DNA of 44,487 bases from Bacteroidota bacterium (GCA_043718985.1 JAYSUQ010000103.1:1-44487), one strand, 5' to 3'; shown: positions 9,001-17,515, counted from the stretch's first letter. Notes: a model not told the origin generated them from the sequence alone. Made by a program: numbers and translations.

Positions 9001-10800
9001 GCACCCACTTGTAGCTAATTGGCAACCTGTTGGTGGCGCCGAGCCTAAATTTACATCTAAACTAAAACTACCTGCGGCACACGTTATGGTGTTGGTAGGC
9101 ACAACCGTAAATTGAGGTGCAACAACTGGGTTTGCAATAAATGGTGTAGTTACAGAGTTAAACGTGCACCCTAAATTACTTTTAGCGGTTAATGTATAAA
9201 CATAACTACCAGGCGTTGTAAAAACACCAGTTGTATTTGCAGTATTAGTTGTTGTTAATGGCGCACTAGGCGACCACGTGTAGCTATAAGCGCCTGCTGG
9301 GTTAACACTGCTTGTAAATTGCACTGCGGTGTTTAAACAACCATTTGTTAACGCTGCATTTGCTGTTATTGTAAAATCGGGTACAACATTTATTATAACA
9401 GTATCTTTAGTAACACAATTACTTGCACCGCCTAAATTACTAACAACATAGGTTGATGTTACAGCTGGTTTAACAATTGGGTTACTACAAGGATTGCAAC
9501 TAAATGCTGAACCAACGGGTATTGGGTTGCCCGCTAAATCTGTCCAAGCAAACACTGTAGTTGAACCAACTGCAGTTAACGAGGCGGTTTGTGGGCCACA
9601 AATAGTTCTATCTGGCCCAGCATTTGTAGCGGGTAATACATCAATAAAATAATTTAATACTTGAGTACCAGGTACAGGGCAAGCATTATCTTTAACAATC
9701 ATAACAAAACTTGTATTTAAACCCGAACTTCCTGAGGGTGGTGTCCAACAAACGCGAGCTTTAACTTGATTTTTTATACCTGGTGTATAAGTAACAACAA
9801 CACTTGCACCAGGTAAGGCTTGAGCTATGTTTGGAGATGATATTTTAATAGAATCGCTAGGCTGAGGATCGGAAAAGAAAATATCGAAACAAAAAGGTAC
9901 GTTTTCGCAAATTTGTAATGCCGTGCTATTACCCGCAGGTATTGTACCTGTTGTTGGGTTTTGAATACCACCCTGCCCGCAAGGTACGGTTTGGTTGGTA
10001 CAGTTAGAAACTATTACAATAAAATCGCGCATAATAGTTCCAATAATATTACCTAAAGCATCTCGCTCGGTAACTTGCACAACAATAACATACTCGCCCA
10101 ACGTAGTTGGTGTAAAGTTAACCTGCCCAGTGGTTGCATTTATGGTAATGCCAGCAACGGGTATAGCGCCACTAAAGCCTGCGTTGTAGGTGTTGGTTAC
10201 ACCTAAGCTTTCGTAAGCCGAAATAAAAGCATAGCTTAACGTGTGCCCATCAACCTCGGTTGCACCTAAATTAAAGCATGCAGGCTGCCCTAAACAAAAA
10301 TTAGGAAATTGCTCAACAGAAATATCAGGCGAATTGTTACACGTTACCGAGGTATTATTTAAGGTTGCAAAATGAAAATAATTATCAGAATTTGTTACAT
10401 CAATATTATCTATTGCTCCGCTACGGCAACAACTGCCAATTGAAAACGTCCAACTATTACAAGCACTAGGTAATGTAATTGTACCAATATAATCTATCCG
10501 TTTTTTACAATTAGTAAGTGTTGATGCCGTTGGACATAAGCCACCCGCCAAAATACCATCGCCAGGTGTTAATGAACTTTGGGTTACCGTTAAATTTAAA
10601 TTGTTACCGCAGCCATCTGCATCTATTGTTTGTGTAGCACCAGGGTTAAAACCGCCTGCGCAATCCCAAAAATAGGTTAGTTTAACTTCGTAAACATTAT
10701 TACCTAAACATTTGTAAGTAATTTGCCCTCCCGATATATGAGATGAGAATCCTGAAAATGAAATTAAAAAAAAGAGAATAAGCGTAAATATATTTTTCAT
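6046..10800 (-). CDS. Giant cell-surface adhesin-like protein with Ig-like repeats, a PKD domain and a T9SS type-B C-terminal sorting domain
   Basis: Signal peptide, then a Cys-rich N-terminal module (HISGGQITYKCLGNNVYEVKLTYFWDCAGG). Three super-repeats of about 155 aa span aa 846-1313. PKD-like WSFGDGTDS...THTYVNTGTYTPVITY. C-terminus IYAPNAFTPGNKDGLNDAF...VYDRWGVVVF...WNG matches the type-B CTD. Confidence 0.85.
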   Translation of the reverse strand: MKNIFTLILFFLISFSGFSSHISGGQITYKCLGNNVYEVKLTYFWDCAGGFNPGATQTIDADGCGNNLNLTVTQSSLTPGDGILAGGLCPTASTLTNCKKRIDYIGTITLPSACNSWTFSIGSCCRSGAIDNIDVTNSDNYFHFATLNNTSVTCNNSPDISVEQFPNFCLGQPACFNLGATEVDGHTLSYAFISAYESLGVTNTYNAGFSGAIPVAGITINATTGQVNFTPTTLGEYVIVVQVTERDALGNIIGTIMRDFIVIVSNCTNQTVPCGQGGIQNPTTGTIPAGNSTALQICENVPFCFDIFFSDPQPSDSIKISSPNIAQALPGASVVVTYTPGIKNQVKARVCWTPPSGSSGLNTSFVMIVKDNACPVPGTQVLNYFIDVLPATNAGPDRTICGPQTASLTAVGSTTVFAWTDLAGNPIPVGSAFSCNPCSNPIVKPAVTSTYVVSNLGGASNCVTKDTVIINVVPDFTITANAALTNGCLNTAVQFTSSVNPAGAYSYTWSPSAPLTTTNTANTTGVFTTPGSYVYTLTAKSNLGCTFNSVTTPFIANPVVAPQFTVVPTNTITCAAGSFSLDVNLGSAPPTGCQLATSGCAVTNTFQVGLATTETSAGVTTPFDGTWESAKHQYLIRASELLGAGIIPGKLSRLAFNVTNFNSNATAFDNFSIKLKCVSSNALSTSTMDNTGLVQVFGPTNINAALGWNTYNFSQAYEWNGTSNLLIDICFFNPNWDGNLSVQFSNTGFTSSTYIDADNFDQCPLSGVDGNSFERPNFRFGNCSSIPPANTFSYLWSPATGLSNPAIKNPLANVTANTVYTVVVTPTAAVTCSTSGTSTITIAPPAIPTLAVNAPVCSNGATIQLTAIPVLGTWSVTPYLTASGVFTPSLATTGTNTLAYTYGGPGCANTTTGSISVDLFIPSTITGTVASQCVNSPIINLAPLTVSPLGVWSGNGVTGTNFNPTLAGANNHILTYSTSSTPLGLCGSTSTLLINVGAVTVPTITPVTNKCSNALALNLLVNPVGGTFVATAATNTLGIFTPSLATIGNNTVTYSYGNVLCAQTSSIVIVVEQFVPSTITGTINPLCTSSAPVNLIPLTVSTLGVWSGSSGIVGTTFNPALAGANTYTLLYSTNSVPTTSLCPRTSSLVVEVKPIPTPSITAVGPYCNSFAPITMSATPTGGIWTANNNLFNISAAGLFNPGSSNIGINTIVYTISNGPCTATTSANVNVVKFVAATLTGVITQQCEYNSPLPLAPIVLNTGGMWSGNGIIGNNFVPSNSVIGVNTLTYVTNSVPATTLCPSTQTLSVLVNAKPVAVIISSTNNIGCQPLVLNLLAQQTGTNSYSIKWSFGDGTDSAFVFNPTHTYVNTGTYTPVITYVDLQTNCTDTTYAVGNQTVTVHERPVANFNFSPSETTVIDAQVQYYNQTLPNANAYTYQWYFDMQDSSINFEPNYTFTLSGERQTKLVATSDKGCTDTLIRKILVTPDVAIYAPNAFTPGNKDGLNDAFLIVLPPYEVDYTSVQLTVYDRWGVVVFKTNDIFTAWNGAKNNSGDILPTSVFVWKLRFLDKRKNEYEKLGHVTMLGK
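6049..6342 (-). other. T9SS type-B C-terminal sorting domain (coding segment of the adhesin)
   Basis: NAFTPGNKDGLNDAF / YDRWGVVVF / TAWNG motif string in the last ~98 aa. Confidence 0.8.
6862..8265 (-). repeat. Three in-frame tandem super-repeats (about 465 bp / 155 aa each, each made of two Ig-like modules) inside the adhesin gene
   Basis: Recurring strings: F(I/V)PSTITGT(V/I)..(Q/L)C..S.P(I/V)NL.PLTVS.LGVWSG...G(T/N)(N/T)FNP.LAGAN...L.YST.S.P...LC..TS.L...V, followed by P(T/S)IT.V...C.N... The units begin at about aa 846, 1001 and 1157. Confidence 0.8.
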
Positions 10801-10826
10801 AATGATTTTTTGAAGTAGTTGACCCT

Positions 10827-10834
10827 CAAATATA
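10827..10834 (-). promoter_or_regulatory. Candidate Bacteroidota sigma-A -7 box (TAnnTTTG) for the adhesin gene
   Basis: The minus strand reads tatatttg, ending 26 nt upstream of the ATG at 10800. I saw no convincing -33 TTTG at the canonical spacing. Confidence 0.35.
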
Positions 10835-10907
10835 CAAAAACCAATGTGTTAAAATGTTATTATTTACTCGTTAAAAGGGTTGTTTTAATCAATTATTTAG
10901 CTCATAA

Positions 10908-11432
10908 TTAAGATATTACAACAGGCGGTTCCATTTTGTGGTTACACGCTTTGCAAGTTCTTAATTCATCTGAGTTATAAAATTTTTTAAATATTGATTG
11001 AAATTGATTAGCGATGTCGGTTAATTCAAATTTTTCGTTAAACAATTGGTGGTTACATTTTTCGCAAAACCACATTAAACCATCTAGCTCGCCAGGACGG
11101 CGCTTACGTTCCATAACCAAACCAATGGTGTTTGCAAAACGAATTGGGTTGTGAGGCACACGTGGTGGTAATAAAAAGATATCGCCTTCGCATATATCAA
11201 CCACAATGGCTTTACCGTTTTCTTGAATTTGAACTTTAATATCGCCCTCTAATTGGTAAAAAAATTCTTCGCTTTCATTAAAATGATAATCTTTGCGAGA
11301 GTTTGGCCCCCCAACAACCATTACAATAAATTCGGTATCTTGATAAACAACTTTATTATTAACAGGTGGTTTTAATAAATGACGATTTTCATCAATCCAC
11401 TTTTTAAAATTAAATGGTCGTGTTACACTCAT
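10908..11432 (-). CDS. 3-hydroxyanthranilate 3,4-dioxygenase (kynurenine pathway, cupin fold)
   Basis: Near-collinear with eukaryotic HAAO as I recall it: W(I/V)xENR..L.PPV.NK, GGPN.RKDYH..E.EE.FYQLEGD, GDIFLLP.RVPH.P.RFANT(I/V)GLV.ER.R. It also has the C-terminal CxxC...CxxC rubredoxin-like site (CEKC...CKAC). Confidence 0.9.
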   Translation of the reverse strand: MSVTRPFNFKKWIDENRHLLKPPVNNKVVYQDTEFIVMVVGGPNSRKDYHFNESEEFFYQLEGDIKVQIQENGKAIVVDICEGDIFLLPPRVPHNPIRFANTIGLVMERKRRPGELDGLMWFCEKCNHQLFNEKFELTDIANQFQSIFKKFYNSDELRTCKACNHKMEPPVVIS

Positions 11433-11447
11433 ACTATTTTGTGTTTA

Positions 11448-12242
11448 TTAATTACCTAAAAAATTAGCTTTTCGTTTTTCTAAAAATGCCGAAACGCCTT
11501 CTTTAAAATCGGCACTATTAAAACTTTTTCCAAACTCTTCTATTTCTACTTCGTAACCGTTTTGCTTATTATTATAGCCAGCGTTAATAACCTTAATGGC
11601 TGTTTTAATTGCTGTTGGCGACTTTGATATAATTTTATTTGTAATATCAAAACACTTGTTTAACAACTCATCTTGTAAAACAACATAATTTACTAGTCCC
11701 CATTTATAGGCATCATCGGCCGTCATCATATCGGCAGTTACAATCATTTCAAAAGCTTTGCCCTTACCAACTAATTGTGCTAAACGTTGTGTACCGCCAT
11801 AACCTGGTATAACACCAAGGCTTACTTCGGGTAAACCCATTTTTGCGTTAGTGCTAGCAACCCTAAAGTGGCAAGCCATAGCTAACTCTAAACCACCACC
11901 TAATGCAAAACCATTAACGGCAGCAATAACTGGTTTTGAGTAATTTTCGATAAAATTAAATATTTTAAAATGCCCTATTGAACTCAATTGTTTTCCTTCT
12001 TGCACACTATAATTAGCAAATTCGGCAATATCGGCTCCAGCCACAAAAGCTTTTTGCCCACTGCCTGTAATTATTAATGCGCGTATTGTTTTGTCGTTTT
12101 CTGCATCAACCAACACATCGTGCAACTCTTCAATAGTTTGCTTATTTAATGCATTTAATTTATCGGGGCGATTAATAGTTACAACTAACACCTCATTTTT
12201 AACCTCGGTTAAAATGTTTTCTAAAGCCATTTCAATTTCCAT
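11448..12242 (-). CDS. Enoyl-CoA hydratase/isomerase (crotonase) family protein
   Basis: VVTINRPDKLNALN, FVAGADIAEF, AAVNGFALGGGLELAMACHFR and GLPEVSLGVIPGYGGTQRL are classic crotonase-fold motifs. The true start may be the internal MALENIL. Confidence 0.85.
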   Translation of the reverse strand: MEIEMALENILTEVKNEVLVVTINRPDKLNALNKQTIEELHDVLVDAENDKTIRALIITGSGQKAFVAGADIAEFANYSVQEGKQLSSIGHFKIFNFIENYSKPVIAAVNGFALGGGLELAMACHFRVASTNAKMGLPEVSLGVIPGYGGTQRLAQLVGKGKAFEMIVTADMMTADDAYKWGLVNYVVLQDELLNKCFDITNKIISKSPTAIKTAIKVINAGYNNKQNGYEVEIEEFGKSFNSADFKEGVSAFLEKRKANFLGN

Positions 12243-12375
12243 TTGAATTCAATATTAAAATTGAAGCAAATATAATGTGATAGCAATAGTGGTAAAAAAA
12301 AGTTATTAACTTAAAAAAACAGTAAAAATTTAACAATTACTCAAAATTTTATATCTTAACAACATCAAAATAATT

Positions 12376-14379
12376 GTGTGTATATTATTTTTTAGTTTTG
12401 TTGGCAGCATTTGTTTTTCGCAAAATGCCGATAGTTTATTTAGCGTTTACAAAAACCAACCCACCGAAATTAAAAAATGTGCTGCACTTTTAAATTATGC
12501 CGATGCCCTAAAACGCAATAATATTGATAGTGCATTTACGTGCGCAAAGCTAGCTAAACATACTGCAAATAAATTAAAAAACGACTCCCTACTTGCCGAA
12601 ATAAATTTGCTAATGGGTACCTGCGAAGAAATGCGGGGCAATTATAAAAACGCTTTACTTTATTTTTTAAATGCTGAACGTTTTTTTAAATCACAAAATA
12701 ATAAACCAAAACTTACCACTTGCTACAACGGTATGGGTATTGTTTACTGGTATCAGGGGTTTTTTGATAAAGCAATTGATTATTATAAAAAAAACATAAC
12801 TATTAGTTTGCAAATAAACGATAAAAATAGTTTAGCAACTTGTTACGGTAACATTGCTATTATTTTTGATGAAAAAAAAGATTTAGAAAACTCGTTATTG
12901 TATTACAATAAATCGCTTTTAATTTTTGAACAAGAAAATAACTTGTATAACATGGCAGCTTGTTATGATAATATGAGTTTAATTTTTAGTCAAAAAGAAG
13001 ATTTTAAACAAGCGCTCAATTTTAATTTAAAAAGTTATAAAGTTCGTGAACAATTAAAAGACACCATTGGTATGCTAGCCAGCATGGAAAACTTAGGAGG
13101 TATTTTTATCAAACAAAAAAAATACGACGATGCCATTTCTGTATCAAACAGAGTGCTAAATTTTGCAACAAGATTAGGCGCAAAAGAAGATATCAAATTT
13201 GCTTACGTTAACTTAAAACAAGCTTACGAAGGAAAAGGTGATTTTAAATTGGCTTACGAAATTGCAAATAAATTAATGGACGTTAAAGACAGTTTAAAAA
13301 ACAGCGATAATTTGAACCAAATAGCCGAACTAGAAGCTAAATTTAAAAATAAAGAAAAGGAAACTGAGTTAACAGAAATAAAATTAGTACAAAAATTAAC
13401 TGCAACTAAAAACACAGAAAAATTAAAACGTAAAAATAATTTTATAGCATTTTTATCGTTTATTGGAGTTTTAATTTTATTAATTGCATTTTTGTTTTTA
13501 AAGCGGTTTAAAGAAAAAAAATTAATTGCCGAAAAATTATCAGAAAAAAACAATGCTATTGAAACTCAAAAAGCAATAATTGATAAAGCATTTAGCGAAT
13601 TAACCGAAAAAAGTAAAGATATAACAGATAGTATTAAATATGCTAAACGAATACAACAAGCTATTTTTCCTACAGATAATTATTTAAACAAATTACTACC
13701 ACAATCGTTTGTGTTTTTTGAGCCAAAAGATATTGTAAGTGGCGATTTTTATTGGGTAGAACAAGATGAAGAAGGTGCAATTTATGTTGCGGTTGTTGAT
13801 TGTACAGGGCACGGAGTGCCTGGAGCATTTATGAGTATTGTAGGTTTTAATTTGATAAACAAAGCATTGCTCGAAACCAAATTAAACACACCTGCCGATA
13901 TTTTAAATGAAGTAAACAAAAATTTAACTAACACCTTAAAACAAACTTTTGAAGAAAGTAACATTAAAGATGGGATGGAAATATCGTTGTGTAAATGGAA
14001 TAAAAAAACAAACGAATTTATGTTTGCGGGGGCAAACACAATCATTTACAAAGTATCTAACAATAATTTAGAAATTATTAAAGGTGATAAAAACCCAATT
14101 GGTGCATTTTATGGCGAACGATTAAAACCATATACTAATACTAAAATAACTGTAAAAACTAACGATTGTATTTATTTATTTAGTGATGGTTATGCCGATC
14201 AATTTGGTGGCGAAAAAGGAAAAAAATATAAATACAAACAGTTTGAAGAGTTTTTACTAAACCATTCGAATTTACCAATGCAAGAGCAACGTGTAAAATT
14301 AAAAAAAGAATTTAATAATTGGAAAGGCAATTTAGAACAGGTTGATGATGTGTGTGTAATTGGCGTTAAAATTGATTAA
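12376..14379 (+). CDS. Sensor protein: N-terminal TPR repeats, coiled coil, one TM helix, C-terminal PP2C/SpoIIE-type serine phosphatase domain
   Basis: There are many 34-aa TPR-like units (YNGMGIVYWYQGFFDKAIDYYKK, CYGNIAIIFDEKKDLENSLLYYNKS...). TM helix FIAFLSFIGVLILLIAFLFL. SpoIIE motifs SGDFYW, VVDCTGHGVPGAFMS and SDGYADQFGG. The GTG start at 12376 is uncertain. The frame is open from 12334, but no ATG/GTG/TTG lies upstream. Confidence 0.8.
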   Translation: MCILFFSFVGSICFSQNADSLFSVYKNQPTEIKKCAALLNYADALKRNNIDSAFTCAKLAKHTANKLKNDSLLAEINLLMGTCEEMRGNYKNALLYFLNAERFFKSQNNKPKLTTCYNGMGIVYWYQGFFDKAIDYYKKNITISLQINDKNSLATCYGNIAIIFDEKKDLENSLLYYNKSLLIFEQENNLYNMAACYDNMSLIFSQKEDFKQALNFNLKSYKVREQLKDTIGMLASMENLGGIFIKQKKYDDAISVSNRVLNFATRLGAKEDIKFAYVNLKQAYEGKGDFKLAYEIANKLMDVKDSLKNSDNLNQIAELEAKFKNKEKETELTEIKLVQKLTATKNTEKLKRKNNFIAFLSFIGVLILLIAFLFLKRFKEKKLIAEKLSEKNNAIETQKAIIDKAFSELTEKSKDITDSIKYAKRIQQAIFPTDNYLNKLLPQSFVFFEPKDIVSGDFYWVEQDEEGAIYVAVVDCTGHGVPGAFMSIVGFNLINKALLETKLNTPADILNEVNKNLTNTLKQTFEESNIKDGMEISLCKWNKKTNEFMFAGANTIIYKVSNNNLEIIKGDKNPIGAFYGERLKPYTNTKITVKTNDCIYLFSDGYADQFGGEKGKKYKYKQFEEFLLNHSNLPMQEQRVKLKKEFNNWKGNLEQVDDVCVIGVKID

Positions 14380-15431
14380 TAATTATTTAAACAATTTAAT
14401 ACATCTTCTATCACAATACTTTCGCAAAATTTATACAAGCCAATTGTATTAACCAATGCAAATCCTAATTTAGTTAATTCGTTTTTTTTATCATGTTTAA
14501 TATAATCGCAAAGCAGCTGTTTTGTTTTTACTGATAATGGTTGTTTTAAATAAATAGTGTTAATGTAGTTTACAATTTCGTTACACTCTTTTTTTGAAAT
14601 ATATTTTTTTTGCCACGCTAATTGCGTTTCTATTATCATACCAAATGCTATTGCTTCGCCGTGTAACAAATTGTGTTTTTGCAGTAGCATAGCACCTTCA
14701 AAAGCGTGCCCAATGGTGTGTCCAAAATTTAACGATTTTCGAACCGATTGTTCGTATAAATCTTTTTTCACAATTTCGTTTTTAAGTGATACAGCTTTTG
14801 TAATTAATTGCTCGGAACAAAAACCTTTACTTACTTTAATTTTTTTAATTATACTCCAAAAACTCGCATCGGCAATTAATGCTATTTTAATTACCTCGGC
14901 AAACCCATTTTTTAATTGACGTTCGTTTAAAGTTTGCAAAAAAACAGGGTTAATAAATAGCGCCTTAGGTTCGGTAATTGTTCCTATATGATTTTTTATT
15001 CCATCAAAATCTACACCCGTTTTGCCGCCAACACTTGCATCAACCATTGCAAGTAATGTAGTTGGTATGTTTATAAAATCTATTCCTCTTTTAAAAGTTG
15101 ATGCCACAAAGCCACCTAAATCGCTAATAACACCGCCACCTAAATTAATGAGTAAACTTTTTTTATCAGCACTAATATCTGTTAATGCACCCCAAACTTG
15201 GCTACAGGTTTCTAAGGTTTTATTTTCCTCTCCGCTTTCTAATTCAATTATTTCGGCCTGGTTTAGTAACTGACAATTAAATAATAAATTTGGTAAGCAT
15301 TTACTAATTGTGTTTTCATCGCATACAATAATGTATTTAGTATAGTTACTTTTTTTTAAAAATTTATTAAGTTCATCAAAACTTTTATCACCTATGTAAA
15401 TATTATACGACGTAGATTTTATTGTTGCCAT
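14376..15431 (-). CDS. aroB: 3-dehydroquinate synthase
   Basis: GGGVISDLGGFVASTFKRGIDFINIPTTLLAMVDASVGGKTGVDF, plus the metal-binding FGHTIGHA...HGEAIA motifs. 351 aa. Confidence 0.9.
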   Translation of the reverse strand: MATIKSTSYNIYIGDKSFDELNKFLKKSNYTKYIIVCDENTISKCLPNLLFNCQLLNQAEIIELESGEENKTLETCSQVWGALTDISADKKSLLINLGGGVISDLGGFVASTFKRGIDFINIPTTLLAMVDASVGGKTGVDFDGIKNHIGTITEPKALFINPVFLQTLNERQLKNGFAEVIKIALIADASFWSIIKKIKVSKGFCSEQLITKAVSLKNEIVKKDLYEQSVRKSLNFGHTIGHAFEGAMLLQKHNLLHGEAIAFGMIIETQLAWQKKYISKKECNEIVNYINTIYLKQPLSVKTKQLLCDYIKHDKKNELTKLGFALVNTIGLYKFCESIVIEDVLNCLNNY

Positions 15432-15469
15432 TTTTATTAGTTCTGAAAATATTTTAATCTCAATTAACT

Positions 15470-17515
15470 TTATTTTTTAATTAGTAATTTAATTTGTGAT
15501 AAAGCTTGTTTGGCTTTTTTATTATTTGCGTTACGTTTCAAAATACGTGTTAAATAAACTTCGGCTTGTTTAAAATCTTTTTTATAGGCAAATAGCCCAG
15601 CTAAATTTAGCAATAAAGGCTCGTAATCTGGGTCAATTAGTATGGCTTTGTTATATAACGTTTCGCAACTTAAAACATTACCTTTTTGTAATTTTATAAA
15701 GCCTAAATTAGTTAATGCTGATACGTGTTTTGAATTTTCTGTAATAATTTGAGAGTACGTTGCTTCGGCTTCATTAATTTGATTGTTTGATGCATAAGCG
15801 GTTGCGAGTTTATTTTTAAAATCTAAAGCAAATGGGGCTAATTTTACTGCATTTTGTAAATATAAAATTGCATTTTGTAAATTACCTAAATTAAAGTAAG
15901 CTTCGCCAATTCGGTAACTTGTCCAAGCGTTTTCGTTATCAAAAGTTTTAGTTATTAGTTTTTTAGTTAACAAATAATCATCTGTTAGCAAATTAACGTA
16001 GCTTGTAATTTTTTGATAGTTTTGTTTTATAAAATATAACTGAATTAAGGGTTCAATATTTGTTTTTAAATTTTCTAAACTATTATCGTTTAAATAAAAC
16101 ACAGCGCTATCAAGGTAATAAGGCTTAGGTTCAAACTTATCGTATTGGTTAAGATATGCTTTTGCTTTAATAAAATTACTAGGTGTTTTTTCGTTAATTG
16201 CATATAATCCAATAAATTGTTTAAGTGCTTGTTTATCTTTTTTAGTTATTGGCTTGCGTATGTAATGATCGTGAACGGTAACGTGTGGTATATCAATTGA
16301 TCCCGATTTTGGCATATGACAACTCACACAATTTTGGGTTTCGATTTTTGATTTTTGTATTACATTTTTATCTGAGCAAAATTTATTAATTTTTTTATTA
16401 TCAACTGGGTGGCACGATATACAAGCATTATTAAACACTTCTGTATTTGTTTCTTTAACGCTAATGTGTGGGTTGTGGCATGTAACACATGTCAATGCAT
16501 TTTTATACGGCTTTAATAAGCCCTCTCCTACTCTACCTAATGGCGATGGCGCAATAAAACATTTACTCTGCTTTAATCTATCGGCGTGCGATGCCATAAT
16601 AAATTCATCGTCGGCATTTTTATATTTTGGCAAAAACACCGTCATATAATCGTTTAATTTCATACCTGGTTTAAAATCATAAAACGATTTTCCTTCTTTT
16701 AAAATAGTGTTACCTTGTAAGTGGCAGCGCTGGCAAATATCAAACTGCGCATCAATGCTTAATTTTGCTGGGTTCACAATGCTATAATCAATGTATTTTG
16801 ACGTATCAATTTTACTACCTGTTTGCCTAGCCTCTACGTGCAAACTGCCTGGACCGTGGCATCGCTCACAACCAATTCCTTTTTCAACTGAGTTATATTT
16901 ATTTTCAGAACCCAACACAAAATCAGGATAAGAGTTATGGCAACTCATACATTCTAACCCTACCTTACGTGCAAAACGGGAATTGTGACCGTTTTCGAAA
17001 CCTGGCGGTAAATCCCACGTTTTTTTTTGAGTATAAAACGTCATTGGCATTTGCGTTAAATAACCATTATTTTGTTGCAGGTGGGAGTTGGTATGTTGAC
17101 CCGAACCAATAATATAACTAACAGTTTCTTGTCGTTTATGTATCGTATCCTTTCCTCGTAAGCGGTATTCTAAAAAACGCAAGCTATCATTTTGCCAAAA
17201 AGCTTTATAATAAAAATCGCCAAACTTATCTTGTATAACCGATGTGTGGTAATTAGCCGCCGATTTTTGCGTACTAGCCACATCAAACGATTTGCCCATA
17301 CCCGTTTTAATAAATGTATTATAAATTGTTTGATGGCAAAGCTTACACGTATTAATACCAACATATTTAGCGCTATCGCTGTGGTTTAAATATGTAAAAG
17401 GTTGAGATTCTTTTTTTTGTTTAACTGGAATATTTGTTGGCTCGGTGCAACTTACAAAAAATAAAAAAAGTAATACAGGTAAAAAATTTAAGCTAATATG
17501 TGTTGCTTTAAACAA
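15470..17515 (-). CDS. Multiheme (7 x CXXCH) c-type cytochrome fused to C-terminal TPR repeats; probable lipoprotein
   Basis: Lipobox-like LFFVSC after the N-terminal hydrophobic segment. Seven haem-binding motifs: CKLCH, CMSCH, CERCH, CQRCH, CVTCH, CISCH, CVSCH. The C-terminal ~200 aa carry TPR-like units (AWTSYRIGEAYFNLGNLQNAILYLQNAVKLAP; ALTNLGFIKLQKGNVLSCETLYNKAILIDPD). Confidence 0.75.
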   Translation of the reverse strand: MFKATHISLNFLPVLLFLFFVSCTEPTNIPVKQKKESQPFTYLNHSDSAKYVGINTCKLCHQTIYNTFIKTGMGKSFDVASTQKSAANYHTSVIQDKFGDFYYKAFWQNDSLRFLEYRLRGKDTIHKRQETVSYIIGSGQHTNSHLQQNNGYLTQMPMTFYTQKKTWDLPPGFENGHNSRFARKVGLECMSCHNSYPDFVLGSENKYNSVEKGIGCERCHGPGSLHVEARQTGSKIDTSKYIDYSIVNPAKLSIDAQFDICQRCHLQGNTILKEGKSFYDFKPGMKLNDYMTVFLPKYKNADDEFIMASHADRLKQSKCFIAPSPLGRVGEGLLKPYKNALTCVTCHNPHISVKETNTEVFNNACISCHPVDNKKINKFCSDKNVIQKSKIETQNCVSCHMPKSGSIDIPHVTVHDHYIRKPITKKDKQALKQFIGLYAINEKTPSNFIKAKAYLNQYDKFEPKPYYLDSAVFYLNDNSLENLKTNIEPLIQLYFIKQNYQKITSYVNLLTDDYLLTKKLITKTFDNENAWTSYRIGEAYFNLGNLQNAILYLQNAVKLAPFALDFKNKLATAYASNNQINEAEATYSQIITENSKHVSALTNLGFIKLQKGNVLSCETLYNKAILIDPDYEPLLLNLAGLFAYKKDFKQAEVYLTRILKRNANNKKAKQALSQIKLLIKK

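Noticed and set aside
16514-16549. A locally GC-richer stretch encoding PSPLGRVGEGLL inside the multihaem cytochrome gene. I suspected a small REP/MITE-like insertion.
   Set aside because: I found no inverted repeat or target-site duplication around it. The reading frame is maintained, and the segment sits in a loop between haem motifs 4 and 5. It is most simply a lineage-specific loop.
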